Shown piece by piece: positions 10,106 to 21,400 of a DNA stretch of 64,000 bases. The position numbers were made by a program, and so were the translations under genes. The notes under the pieces are model-generated. The model saw only the letters and a list, made by a program, of their open reading frames with translations. It ran no database searches and had not been told where the DNA came from. The stretch spans positions 1,189-65,188 of the forward strand of contig JAFIES010000115.1 of NCBI GenBank assembly GCA_020832415.1, written 5' to 3'. This stretch comes from Balneolaceae bacterium. GTDB lineage: Bacteria > Bacteroidota > Rhodothermia > Balneolales > Balneolaceae. Each line of letters opens with the position of its first letter. Positions within the stretch are counted from its first letter, which is position 1.

Positions 10106-13100
10106 TTAGAAACTGAGGTTTACACCAAACTGAACGGTTCTTGGATTGGGTACAACAGCCTGATCAATTCCGCGTACATTCGAAATTGAATCTGCAGAGT
10201 TCACTTCCGGATCAAGTCCCGAATATCGTGTGAGTGTCCAGAGATTGGTCCCCTGGAAATAGACTCTGAGACTTTGCAGGCCAATCGACTGAACAACATT
10301 CAGTGGAAGTGTATATCCCAGTGATAGAGATCGAAGTCGCAGAAAAGATGCATCTTCAAGGTTTCTGTCGCTTGGAAGAGTATAGTTGTTTCCCTGAGTG
10401 GTCATTCGCGGAATATCGGTGATATCACCGGGTTGTTGCCACCGATCGAGCTGGCCGGGCAAAAATGTGATACTCCCGCTGTAGATACCGCCATGTTCCA
10501 TGAAAAAACGGTTCAGGTTGTACACCTTATTTCCATATTCAAAATTGAATAGTACACCCAGATCAAACCCGAGATAGCTGAACCGGTTATTGATGCCTCC
10601 AAAGAAATCGGGCAGAGCATTGCCGGCAATCTGGCGGTCGGCTACGGTAATTTGTCCGTCACCGTTAACATCTTCATAAATTGCATCCCCTGTTTGCGGA
10701 TCTACCTCAAGCTGACGATATACCCAGAAAGAGTACATGGAGTATCCCTCTTCCATTCTAATCCAGTCGCGAGAGTGACGGGTAATGGGTGATGGAAGAC
10801 GTTCAATTATGTTCACATTGCGTGCAATATTGAATGAAGTGGTCCATTGAAACCGCGTGCTTGAGATATTTGTGGAGTTCAAAGAAAATTCGATGCCCCG
10901 GTTGCTCATTTCACCTTCATTTTGGGTTATAAAATCAAAACCCAGTTTGTTTGGCACGGGAACATTGAGAAGCAGTCCCTCGGTATATTTGCTGTACACG
11001 TTCAGTTCAAGACCCAGCCGTTCGTTCAGCACGGCGAGATCAAGCCCAACATCCCACTGGGTAGTTGTTTCCCATCGAAGGTTTGGATTTCCCATCTGAA
11101 CGGGAGTGGTTCCGGGTGCCTCGAGGTAGTTGTTTCCTCCGCTCCATAATCCGAGTGATGCAAAATCATTAATTCCCGACTGGTTTCCGGTAATCCCGAT
11201 ATTGGCTGAGAGTTTTAACTCGTTAATGAAGTCCACATTTCTCAAAAACTCTTCTTGTGAGATTCTCCAGGCAATTCCTGCAGCCGGGAAATATCCCCAT
11301 CGATTATCAGCGCCGAAACGGGAGGATGCATCTGCACGGAAATTCACATCAAAGATGTAACGGTCTTTGTAGATGTAATTCCAATTGGTGAAAAATGAAG
11401 CAAGTCCCGATTTTGTTCCGCTTGAACTACCTGTTTGAAGAGAGGAGGAGGCAATTCTTCGAAAGTCATCACCCGGGAAATTGCGGCCGGTGAGCGAGCT
11501 TCTCTCAAAGCTTATTTCCTGAAGTGTATTACCAATAATACCTGTGAGGTTGTGATTTTCACCGATATTTGTTCGCCAGGTTAATATCTGTTCATTAATC
11601 CACGAATAATTTCTCGTATTTGTTGTATTTGCAACACCTTGAGGCTGTCCTGAAACCAACTGTGTACTATTGTACGTTTCATCGAGGTTGTCGCCATAAT
11701 CAACACTCCAGTTACTGCGCAGGCTTAGACCGGGTAAAATTTCCAGTTCGGCATACACATTACTGATTAATCGCAGGCCGGTAACGTTATAGCGGTCGCG
11801 CTCGTTAATCAGGGCAAGGTGGTTGTCAAAAATGCCATATTTTGCATAACTGCCATCTTCGTTGAAAATGGGTTGGTATGCCGGTACAAATATTGCAGAG
11901 TTGATTACGCCCTGTGCTGTATCGTTACTACGGCTGATATTCCGGGTGGTTCGCGATACGGTTGTGCTGGTTCCAATAGAGAGAAAGTCATTCACAATAT
12001 GGTCGAAATTAAACCGCCCGCTGAATCGCCCAAAAGATGCAGGTTTTACGATTCCTTCCTGATCTGACAAATCACCACCGATAAAATATCGGGTATTCTC
12101 TGAACCACCGGCTACCGATAGTTCATAATTTCGTGATGGAGCTACCTGGAAAAGATCGCTGATACGGTCATAAGTTGGCTGGTCTTCGGGAAGTCCGCGG
12201 CCACCTTCAGAGACGGGCCGGAATGGACGGCTTTCGAAACTGCCGCCATTGTTGATATGCACTTCATTCTGAAGCATCGCATCCTGATCGCCGGTTACCA
12301 CCTCAAATTTATTGGGTGCCCATGAATATGCAACCGATGTTCCGAACCGAACCAAAGATGGAGTGTTGGGCTGGCCCCTGCGTGTGGTTATCACCACTAC
12401 TCCATTGGCTCCGCGAGCTCCGTAAATTGCAGTTGCATTGGCATCTTTAAGAATATCGATCGACTCAATGTCACTCGGGTTGAGATCTGCAAGTGGATTT
12501 ACTACCTGCCCGCCAAGTGCCAGGCTTGAGGTTTGTGTATTACTGATAGGAACACCGTCTACAATGTATAGTGGATCATTTCCCGCATTGATGGAAGTTG
12601 AACCCCGAACACTTACGAAGATCCCTCCTCCGGGTGCTCCTGAAGAAGAAGATACCTGAACCCCGCTTGCTAGGCCTTGTAAAAGCTGGTCGGCACTTGC
12701 TGCCGGTATATCCGGAATCTGATCAGCAGAAATGGATGAGATGGATGAGGTTAATGTTTCCCTTCGCTGTGTGGTATACCCGGTAACCACAATTTCCGAA
12801 AGACGCTGAAGATCTTCAGATAACTCAACGGTGAGGGTTGTTTGGTCAGTAACAGTGAGCTCTTTTGTTTGATAACCGATGTAACTAAACCGCAGAACTA
12901 CAGTTTCCTCAGGCACAGTTAGTTCAAAGAAACCATCATGATCTGTTACCGTGCCGGATGAGGTACCGGGAATTGATACGTTAACACCGGGAAGACCAAA
13001 TCCTTCACGGGAATCAGTAACGGTTCCTGTTACCTGCCTGGATTGCTCGTTATTTGTCGCAAAAGAAGTTGTTGGGTGAAAAATTAGAAAAAGTATGAAG

Positions 13101-13117
13101 GAGATTATTTTGTACAT
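10106..13117 (-). CDS. susC-like: SusC/RagA-family TonB-linked outer-membrane transporter
   Basis: The 1003-aa product starts with a CarboxypepD_reg-like domain (VTGTVTDSREGFGLPGVNVSI...YIGYQTKE). The plug blocks are NDPLYIVDGVP and DIESIDILKDANATAIYGARGANGVVVITT. The barrel ends in ...GVNLSF. Confidence 0.95.
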   Translation of the reverse strand: MYKIISFILFLIFHPTTSFATNNEQSRQVTGTVTDSREGFGLPGVNVSIPGTSSGTVTDHDGFFELTVPEETVVLRFSYIGYQTKELTVTDQTTLTVELSEDLQRLSEIVVTGYTTQRRETLTSSISSISADQIPDIPAASADQLLQGLASGVQVSSSSGAPGGGIFVSVRGSTSINAGNDPLYIVDGVPISNTQTSSLALGGQVVNPLADLNPSDIESIDILKDANATAIYGARGANGVVVITTRRGQPNTPSLVRFGTSVAYSWAPNKFEVVTGDQDAMLQNEVHINNGGSFESRPFRPVSEGGRGLPEDQPTYDRISDLFQVAPSRNYELSVAGGSENTRYFIGGDLSDQEGIVKPASFGRFSGRFNFDHIVNDFLSIGTSTTVSRTTRNISRSNDTAQGVINSAIFVPAYQPIFNEDGSYAKYGIFDNHLALINERDRYNVTGLRLISNVYAELEILPGLSLRSNWSVDYGDNLDETYNSTQLVSGQPQGVANTTNTRNYSWINEQILTWRTNIGENHNLTGIIGNTLQEISFERSSLTGRNFPGDDFRRIASSSLQTGSSSGTKSGLASFFTNWNYIYKDRYIFDVNFRADASSRFGADNRWGYFPAAGIAWRISQEEFLRNVDFINELKLSANIGITGNQSGINDFASLGLWSGGNNYLEAPGTTPVQMGNPNLRWETTTQWDVGLDLAVLNERLGLELNVYSKYTEGLLLNVPVPNKLGFDFITQNEGEMSNRGIEFSLNSTNISSTRFQWTTSFNIARNVNIIERLPSPITRHSRDWIRMEEGYSMYSFWVYRQLEVDPQTGDAIYEDVNGDGQITVADRQIAGNALPDFFGGINNRFSYLGFDLGVLFNFEYGNKVYNLNRFFMEHGGIYSGSITFLPGQLDRWQQPGDITDIPRMTTQGNNYTLPSDRNLEDASFLRLRSLSLGYTLPLNVVQSIGLQSLRVYFQGTNLWTLTRYSGLDPEVNSADSISNVRGIDQAVVPNPRTVQFGVNLSF

Positions 13118-13808
13118 GATTATGTGTATGAATTTTGATCATGCCGGCCTGAAATCCATACAAAGAGTGTGGTAAAGGCATGATAAATACCTGCACCAAT
13201 TCTGTGGAATACAGAACAGCGATTATTGATTATTGATTGGGAGAGAGACGATTCACTCGGAAAGAGAGATCGTCATCCTGCTGAAACAGAGATGTGAGTT
13301 CGTGTCAGCAGCAACAATTGATCATACACATACACATGGTACCCGGAAGAGTTTTGTAAGATGAGAATTCTATCGGGGTACTGATTGAGTTGATTGTAAT
13401 GTTGTTATATGTATGCATGATTTATGGTGTAAAAAAGCACCTTACCATATGGCAGGTTGCTGAAAATTAAAGTTAATTTTACTCTTTGTTCGTTTGAACA
13501 GATAAAAGCTAAATCAAATAATGGGTTTAAAAAAATTTTTTTCAGTATCAAAAAAAGCACCCATAAATGTGGTGGTGATGATTATTGAAAGATCATTTAA
13601 AATCTTGAAATGAATTAGCTTATAAATACTTACCACAGAATAAATCCTTTTTATTTCTTTCTTTTAAGAAGGATGAGCATCGTTTTTCTTTCTTATGTAA
13701 TTCAATGCTCTTGAGCGTGAGTTTGCAGAAGTCTGTTCGAATTGCAAGATGGCATTCAAATGAATTGATGTTTAATTTCGAATAATTGAGCAGGATATCT
13801 ACCAACAT

Positions 13809-13837
13809 AAAAGGGTTTTGAAAGTCAAAACCCTTTT
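13809..13837. terminator. Strong symmetric hairpin (bidirectional terminator-like) in a 0.9 kb gene-free gap
   Basis: aaaagggttttg / caaaaccctttt forms a 12-bp perfect stem with a 5-nt loop. A/T runs sit on both sides. No annotated gene ends next to it. Confidence 0.4.
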
Positions 13838-14045
13838 AAGATTAATTGTGATATCAGCTATTCGGAATTCAATAAGAGAGGTCGAAAAAATCCATCACCT
13901 CATAGTAGTTTGAAACATCAACTCCGGCAGCTTCAAGTTGGGAGGCAGAGCCCACCCATTAATTTTTCCGGTTAGTGTATACGGATTGTGCTGATAATCT
14001 GTACATGTTGTATCTTTTACTTTCAGCACGCACAACTCCGTCTTT

Positions 14046-14450
14046 ATGGAAGACTCATTTCTCTTTGTTTATGGCACTCTCCGATCCGGTTCTCCCAAAA
14101 AATCGCCGGTAAAAAATGTGCTGCACTTATACGCAGAATGGTGGAGCCGGGCAGTGATGCAGGGTAAATTATATGAGATTGACTGGTACCCCGGGGTGGT
14201 TCAATCAGATAACCCGGATGATATTGTAGTGGGTGAAATTTTCAGAATTGTTGACGAAACCACGCTTTTGGCACGCTTGGATGAGTATGAAGGCTGCTCA
14301 GAGGATTTTCCCAAGCCACATGAGTATCAGCGAAAAAAGATTTCGGTTCAAACAGAAGATGGTGAAAACGTAATGGCATGGGTTTACCTCTATAACTGGG
14401 AAGTATATGAGGAGTCCAGAATAGAGTCAGGAGATTACTTAAATATCTGA
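14046..14450 (+). CDS. Gamma-glutamylcyclotransferase-like (AIG2/GGACT fold) protein
   Basis: It has the N-terminal FVYGTLRSG motif and LDEYEG with the conserved Glu. The size (134 aa) is typical. Confidence 0.85.
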   Translation: MEDSFLFVYGTLRSGSPKKSPVKNVLHLYAEWWSRAVMQGKLYEIDWYPGVVQSDNPDDIVVGEIFRIVDETTLLARLDEYEGCSEDFPKPHEYQRKKISVQTEDGENVMAWVYLYNWEVYEESRIESGDYLNI

Positions 14451-15545
14451 TTACAGGCTGAGCCAGGCACCGCCCTTCGAAGCACTCTCCATCACAGCTT
14501 TTACAATACGTATGTCTGCCAGCCCATCCTCACCGGGTACAATCGGGTCCCGGTTTTCTTTAATTGCAAGGGCATCATTATCCATTTGGCGCGCTTGTTG
14601 GTGGCCTTCATACGGCTCAAGAATGGTACCGCTGCTGGTCTCTCCCTGAACACCACTATACGCCTGAAACGGCCTTAGGTGATACCAGCCATTTTCACAG
14701 TCAATCTCAAGATAATTGATGGAGTCGCCCATGCTGGTTTCGCATTTGGCAATAATACCACCGGGAAATTCCATTTCAAGAACGGTGTATTCGTCTGCAT
14801 CCACAAAGAGATCAGTTCGTTCAGTGATCTGCTCACCGCGTACTGAGACCGGCTCAAGTCCAACGGCGTGCCTCACGGCATTTATCGGGTAGACACCCAT
14901 ATCATACAAAGCACCACCACCCATCTTCAGGCGAAGCCTCCAGTCATCTTCCGGAACATAAGCTCTGTATCCCGCACCCGATTTTGCACTCTTAATGGCA
15001 CCGTATGTTTGATCTTTTCCATAGCGAATGATGGTTTGGGTATTGGGTTCGTGCTGCATACGGTACCCGATGGTAAGCTGAACCCGATTATCTGATGCAG
15101 CTTTGATAATGGCTTCGCACTCTTCAACGGTACGCGCCATCGGTTTTTCACACCAAACATGTTTGCCCGCTTCTGCCCCGATGATAGAGTATTTTGCGTG
15201 AAGTGATGGCGGAGTTACAACATAAATGATGTCAATATCATCATTATTAGCTACCTCATGCATGTTTTCGTAGTTGTACACATTGCGATCGGGAATGGAG
15301 TACTCTTCCTGCCAGATGGGTATTTTTTCGGGTGAACCGGTTACAATTCCACGAAGCTCACAATGTTTAGTAAGCCTCAAACCTGGGGCCAGCAGATGTG
15401 TACTGTAGTTTCCCAGACCAACGAGAGCAACTCCCAATTTCTCTTTTTTTTCCGGAAGGATTAAGTTGGGAAAGCCAAGTGCTGATACAGCAAAAGCGGC
15501 TCCGGTTTGAGCAATAAATCGTTTACGTGTAATCTTGTTCGGCAT
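14451..15545 (-). CDS. Gfo/Idh/MocA-family NAD(P)-dependent oxidoreductase, Tat-exported
   Basis: A twin-arginine-type leader (TRKRFIAQTGAAFAVSALG) is followed by a Rossmann start (LGVALVGLGNYS) and an EKP motif (VWCEKPMA). Confidence 0.9.
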   Translation of the reverse strand: MPNKITRKRFIAQTGAAFAVSALGFPNLILPEKKEKLGVALVGLGNYSTHLLAPGLRLTKHCELRGIVTGSPEKIPIWQEEYSIPDRNVYNYENMHEVANNDDIDIIYVVTPPSLHAKYSIIGAEAGKHVWCEKPMARTVEECEAIIKAASDNRVQLTIGYRMQHEPNTQTIIRYGKDQTYGAIKSAKSGAGYRAYVPEDDWRLRLKMGGGALYDMGVYPINAVRHAVGLEPVSVRGEQITERTDLFVDADEYTVLEMEFPGGIIAKCETSMGDSINYLEIDCENGWYHLRPFQAYSGVQGETSSGTILEPYEGHQQARQMDNDALAIKENRDPIVPGEDGLADIRIVKAVMESASKGGAWLSL

Positions 15546-15716
15546 AGTTCTTAGGCTGAATGGATGCTGGTTTGATAGAATCTCATTATGTAAATATCTA
15601 AAAATTGGATATCAGATTCAGATAATTTGCTTAAAGAAAAGAGCAACTGTATATGGCATAGCATTACACTTTTTTGATTGGATGATGTATCATACTATTT
15701 TGATCACTAATCACAT

Positions 15717-16277
15717 ATGGCCGAACTATTGAAAGAAAAAGTAATCCGTTCATTCTATAATTTAGAAAATCAGAGAACTGCAATTCTGGCTAAAATAGAG
15801 TATTTGAGTCCGGAGCAGCTTGCCATGAACCCCGAAGAGGGTAAATGGAATATGCTTCAGGTTCTTGCGCATCTCGTAAAGGCTGAGTCTCTTTCCCTGA
15901 AATATATGGAGCGAATGTTCTCCAGGCGGGAGGAACTTTCCAATGCGGGTATCTCATCAACCATACGGTTTCAGTTATTGAAGTGGGGGCTGAACCTGCC
16001 AATAAAATATAAAGCACCTGCGATGGCAGATACGTCCGGGCAGAATCCTGCAATCAATGAATTAATGGAGGAGTGGGAGCGTGTGCGGGAAAGATTGAAT
16101 GATTTGATAAATAGGTGTGATGAAGATTGCCTGAAAAAAGCGATATATAAACACCCAAGAGCGGGTTATTTGAATGTAAGGCAAGCAGTTGAATTTATGT
16201 CGTTGCACATAAAACATCACGAGAAACAGATTGCTGATCTGCTAAAAATCGATCAGCAATGTGTAAATTCGTTTTAG
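15717..16277 (+). CDS. DinB-family (four-helix-bundle, metal-binding) protein
   Basis: The 186-aa product has WNMLQVLAHLVKAE and C-terminal LHIKHHEKQI His motifs typical of the DinB/DinB_2 family. Confidence 0.75.
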   Translation: MAELLKEKVIRSFYNLENQRTAILAKIEYLSPEQLAMNPEEGKWNMLQVLAHLVKAESLSLKYMERMFSRREELSNAGISSTIRFQLLKWGLNLPIKYKAPAMADTSGQNPAINELMEEWERVRERLNDLINRCDEDCLKKAIYKHPRAGYLNVRQAVEFMSLHIKHHEKQIADLLKIDQQCVNSF

Positions 16278-16939
16278 CCGCGAGCCGGGAACGGACTTAC
16301 CTGAACCAGCCGGGTAAATGCATCTGAAAGAAGGCCGGTATAGGTTTCATTCTGGTTTTGAAGCATCAAACGCTGATTGGTATTCAAGCGGCCCCAGGCA
16401 ACGGCATCACCTTTTTCATTATCCCAGATGAGATATTTTGATTCGAACCGAAGACGCTCTTCAATTTGGTTTTCATGGCCGGCATACGAATCGCCACCAA
16501 CTTCAGCCTGGTAAGGAGTAAAATGAAACTGATCCAGCATAACCACAAATCGGGTGCTTAACTCCCCATTTTTCAGTTGTGATCCCGGTTTTGGAGCTAC
16601 CATAGAGATTTCACCATTTGGCAGATTAAATTCCCTCAGGTCAAACTCAGTCTCTAATAGGGTTGTAGAATTCAGAAGCCCTTCAACGGTAGCATTGGTA
16701 CGCGATGAGAAAATACCGGTCATTCGCTGATCAAAAATCATTCTTTCAGCGGGACGCAGTGCACCAAAAACGTGATCAGGGAACTGATCGAATAAATAGT
16801 CATGCTCAACTACAAGCAGTGCAATGGATACATCCTGATCTTCGACACTAAAATCTTCAATAAGATATTGATTTGCCTGATTGGCGCATGAGATGAAAAG
16901 TAGTGGGGTGAAGATGATAAAGAAGATTCTACGCAGCAT
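16274..16939 (-). CDS. Hypothetical lipoprotein
   Basis: The signal carries a lipobox-like LLFISCAN. I recognise no family. Its stop overlaps the convergent DinB stop by 4 nt. Confidence 0.55.
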   Translation of the reverse strand: MLRRIFFIIFTPLLFISCANQANQYLIEDFSVEDQDVSIALLVVEHDYLFDQFPDHVFGALRPAERMIFDQRMTGIFSSRTNATVEGLLNSTTLLETEFDLREFNLPNGEISMVAPKPGSQLKNGELSTRFVVMLDQFHFTPYQAEVGGDSYAGHENQIEERLRFESKYLIWDNEKGDAVAWGRLNTNQRLMLQNQNETYTGLLSDAFTRLVQVSPFPARG

Positions 16940-17080
16940 TTTTAAAGATTTAATCTGACTTGGTGATAGTTTTACGATAAGAAAGTATAGCCATTCTCTG
17001 TTTATCGACGGCTAAAGATAATGCAATGGATGCTTAATGCCACACAGTTTAACAATTTTTAAAGCTTAATTGTTATCCGT

Positions 17081-17782
17081 TTATTTTATTTGGTTATAGA
17101 ACTCGAAAAGCTGGCGTAAATCATAAGGATTTTCAAGGTCTAAGTTATTCTCACTGATGAAGTTTCGGAGTTCATCTCTGTCGGCATCAAGACTTCGGGT
17201 AATACCTCGTTCACTCATTCGGCGTATTCTCTCAGTCTCACCGTCTTCGTAAATATAGAGTCTCATATTGGTAATAAACTCATCTCTCTGAGTGGCAGAA
17301 CCATATGTAGGTACATTTTGCTGAAATGAAATTTCATGCTTAAGTAATCCAAGAGCCGGCCCGTCAGAAAGTACCTGAACAAATTCGTCTTTTTCCAATC
17401 CGCGGGCTTCAAATCCTTTTTTGAAGGTCATCATGTTTGGCCCGTCATAGATTTCAAAAGATGTAATTTCGTCACCCAAAAAGGCAAGGATTGTTTGTCC
17501 ATCGGCGTATTCAACTCTGTTTTCGTACACATTAAAATTCATGGACAATGCTTCAGTTACATTACCATCATTCAAAGTTACAACTCCGTTTTGAAACTCT
17601 TCAAAAAGGTAAGGAGTACCAATGGTTTCAGTAGAGCGGGTTTCAGGTATAACGTTTCGGGTCATATCCCGCAGATCTTCTTTCGAAATCTCTGATTGTG
17701 CCTCTGAGATTGCTGGGAATAGTAAAAAAATTGAAAGAAAAAAAACCGGGACAGATTGGAAGAAAACTGGACGTGATATCAT
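17081..17782 (-). CDS. Hypothetical exported protein
   Basis: It has a signal peptide (FFLSIFLLFPAISEAQS). I recognise no family. Confidence 0.55.
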   Translation of the reverse strand: MISRPVFFQSVPVFFLSIFLLFPAISEAQSEISKEDLRDMTRNVIPETRSTETIGTPYLFEEFQNGVVTLNDGNVTEALSMNFNVYENRVEYADGQTILAFLGDEITSFEIYDGPNMMTFKKGFEARGLEKDEFVQVLSDGPALGLLKHEISFQQNVPTYGSATQRDEFITNMRLYIYEDGETERIRRMSERGITRSLDADRDELRNFISENNLDLENPYDLRQLFEFYNQIK

Positions 17783-18421
17783 ATTAAAAAAAATCAGTAT
17801 CTGTTTGATGTTATTAACATTACAAACAGATGAACATACTAACTATTGTGTTAAGATTGAATAAAACTTTGTAAATGAAGAGTGGAGTGCAAAATCTGCT
17901 TAGCATTTGAGGTGAGTAACATAAGTTTTACATGTTTTCATAAAGAAATTGAAACACAGTCGGTAAAAAAGCAGATCAGAAATTTTTAAGCTAAAAAAAT
18001 TACCAATACAAGGATACTTAACCTACTGTTTAAAAATATTATACGACTTTAAAATATAAATACACAGTAGAGAAATATTCAAAAATACGCAGGAAATTCA
18101 TCTCTCCATCTTTTCTGTTTTAATTTGTTAAAGTTTCACTTTTTTTAAGCATCTCTATATCGGTCTGAACTTCTCATCTCTTGGTTTTTTATATACATCC
18201 ATATAGTTTCTATCGTCGCTAAAGACTATGGCGACTTCATGACTCCAATCATGACATGGCTCTATTCCCATGTAAAACTCATGTTACCCTAAGCTGTTTT
18301 GTCCAAAATGGGTATTTCGAGCTTTTACCGCTATAAACACTACTCAACCGGTGGTTCAATTTCACCGGAATTATGTAAAGCGGTAATTAATAAATCAAAA
18401 CATAAAGAATGAGGTTAATCT

Positions 18422-21400
18422 ATGAAAAAGAAGATACTTAGGTATTTGTCTTCATTTATTGTAGTGATGCTGCTTGGTGGTTTTTCCGGCATAGCGCTGG
18501 CACAAACAGGCACACTTACAGGGACAATTACCGATGATGCTACAGGCGAAGCACTGGTTGGTGCTACTGTACTGGTGACGGATCTTCAGCGAGGTGCTCC
18601 ATCAAATATTGATGGAGAATATACCGTTGAAAATATTCCGGTTGGCACGTATGAGGTACGATTCTCGTATATCGGCTATCGTACACTGAACCAAGAGATA
18701 ACAATTACCGAAGGTGAGAATGTTGCAAATATTGAGCTTGCACTTGATGCCGCCGGCCTCGATGAAGTAGTTGTTACCGGTGTGGCAACGATCGATCGCC
18801 AGGCGTACACAGGTTCTGCAGCTACAGTGCGTACCGACAGGTTTGAAAACGTACCGGTTTCTTCGGTTGATCAGGCTCTGCAAGGCGCCGCACCGGGATT
18901 GAATGTTTCTGCTGCATCGGGTACACCGGGAGCTCAGCAAAGTATCCGGATTCGTGGTATCAGCTCAGTTAATGCGGGTGTGGATCCGCTCTATGTGATT
19001 GATGGTGTGCCGGTAGTTAGCGGATCAAACGCAGCATCAACCGCAACCAGTTCGCTCGGAGTACTTTCAAATATTAATCCATCGGACATTGAGTCGATAA
19101 CTGTTCTGAAAGATGCCGCTTCAACTGCTCCATACGGTGCTCGAGGTAGTAATGGTGTAATTGTAATTACAACCAAGCAAGGTGTTGACGGACGGACGGA
19201 ATATTCAGCTTCTGCTCAATTAGGATTTAATAACAGAGCAGTGCCAGGTGAGGGTGCAATGTCTGCTCCTCAGTACGACGATTTAGTACAGCAAACGTTT
19301 GGTGTTTCAATATGGGATGGCCAGACAGATACAGATTGGGGCGATGTAATTCTGAATGATAATGCTGCACAACAAGAGTATACACTCTCCGCACGCGGTG
19401 GTAATGAAACCACTAACTTTTACGTTTCGGGTGGAATTTTCGGGCAGGAAGGCCCGGTAATAGGTTCCAGTCTCGACAGATATTCAGGCTCTGTTGATAT
19501 TACACACCGGTTTGATGACCGCGTGAGAATCAGTAATTCATTAACCGGTTCTTTTGTTGAGCAGGATGGAATTCTCGAGGGTGCAGGCTACTTCGGAAGC
19601 CCTATTCTTGCAGAATATTTCATGCTTCCAATTGATCCGGCATTTAATGCCGATGGAACACCAAACATCGACAACCTCAGTACAGCTATTTTCAACCCGG
19701 TTTTTATTCAGGATAATGACATCAACCGAAAACGAAATTACAGATTGCTGAATAATGCAACACTCACCGTGAATCTGCAGGATAATCTCGCATTCTCATC
19801 TAAATTCGCGATTGATTACCTGGAAACAGTTGAGAAGTACTACAGAAACCGCCAGCACGGTGATGGTGTGGACAATCAGGGAAGTGTTGAAGATATCAAC
19901 AACAGAAACATCAACCTGGTATGGCAGAACTCAATAGAGTACCTGTGGGATCTGGATTCTGAAAATAGTTTCACATTCCGCGGTATTTCTGAGACACAGA
20001 AAAACTACTTCGAATACCTCTATGGTTATGGTACAGGCATTGCAGCTGATGGGTTGTTTAATCTTAATACAACAGCAAATCCGCAAAGCGTAAACAGTAT
20101 TACCACAGATTGGGGTGTACAGTCGTTTACAGGTCTGGTTAACTACGGCTGGAGGAATAAAATCTATTACGATATGAGTTTCCGCTATGAAGGAAATTAC
20201 CGATTCTCCGATGATGTGAGATGGGGTTCATTCTGGTCGGTTGGCCTCGCATATATACTTACCGAGGAGGATTTCTTCCGTGATATCAGTTGGCTCGATT
20301 ATTTACGGGCGCGGGTATCGTACGGTAAAACCGGAAACGCCGATATTGGGTTAAATCAGTTCCAGGCAACAGTTGGCTTTGGCAGTTACAATAACATGCC
20401 GCACATTATTGCCAATCAGCTTGGAAATCCAAACCTCACCTGGGAAACAGCCTACTCAATGGATCTCTCACTTGAGTTCGAAATGTTTGAATTTCTTTCA
20501 GGTAGTGCAACATTTTTCCGCAGAGATTCTCAGGACTTGCTGTTTGATGTGCCGCTTTCGAGAACTACCGGGCACACATCACAAACACAAAATGTGGGTG
20601 ATCTCTACAACCAGGGAATAGAGCTTGAGTTGAATGCAAATATACTTCGCACTCAAAATGTAAGCTGGAGTCTTGGTGGTAACCTAACAACTGTGCAGAA
20701 TGAAGTAACAAATCTGCCGGTTGATGGCGATGGCAATCCTATTGAAATCATCACAGGCACACGCTATGTAGCCGTTGAGGGCTATGCGGTGAACACATGG
20801 TTTATGCGAGAGTGGGCCGGTGTAGATCCCGCAAATGGAGATCCGCTCTGGTTTATGGATGATGGAAATGGTGGCAGAACCACAACCAATAACTGGAACG
20901 AAGCTACTGAGTACTCACAGGGAGCAAGTGCACAGCCAACACTTTTTGGTGGCATTAATACGCGCCTCGATGTGATGGACTTTTTCGTATCGGCCAATCT
21001 CTACTACTCATTCGGCAATAAAATTTATGATGGATGGGCAGTATATATGCGTTCCGATGGTGAGTTTGTCGGCGCATTTGGACAGTACGAGCGCCAGGCA
21101 GACAGATGGCAACAACCCGGAGATGTAGCAGAAAATCCGCTTCCGGTTGCTGGTGGAAATAACAACTCCAATCAGGCATCTACTCGTTTTCTGTACGATG
21201 GTGATTACCTGCGGTTAACTGATTTGAGTGTTGGCTATAACATTCCAAACAGCGTGCTTCAAAACGTTGGGCTAAACTCTGCAACAGTTTATATGCAGGG
21301 CAGAAACCTGTGGACCTATGTGTTTGATGATGACCTGAAAATGGATCCATATGTTGGTTCAGAAGGTTTTCTCGACCTGTTTGCACCACCCATGAAATCA

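Noticed and set aside
13620-13808. 62-aa minus-strand ORF in the SusC upstream gap
   Set aside because: It is Lys/Leu/Cys-rich AT-driven sequence, it begins right at the hairpin, and it has no supporting features.
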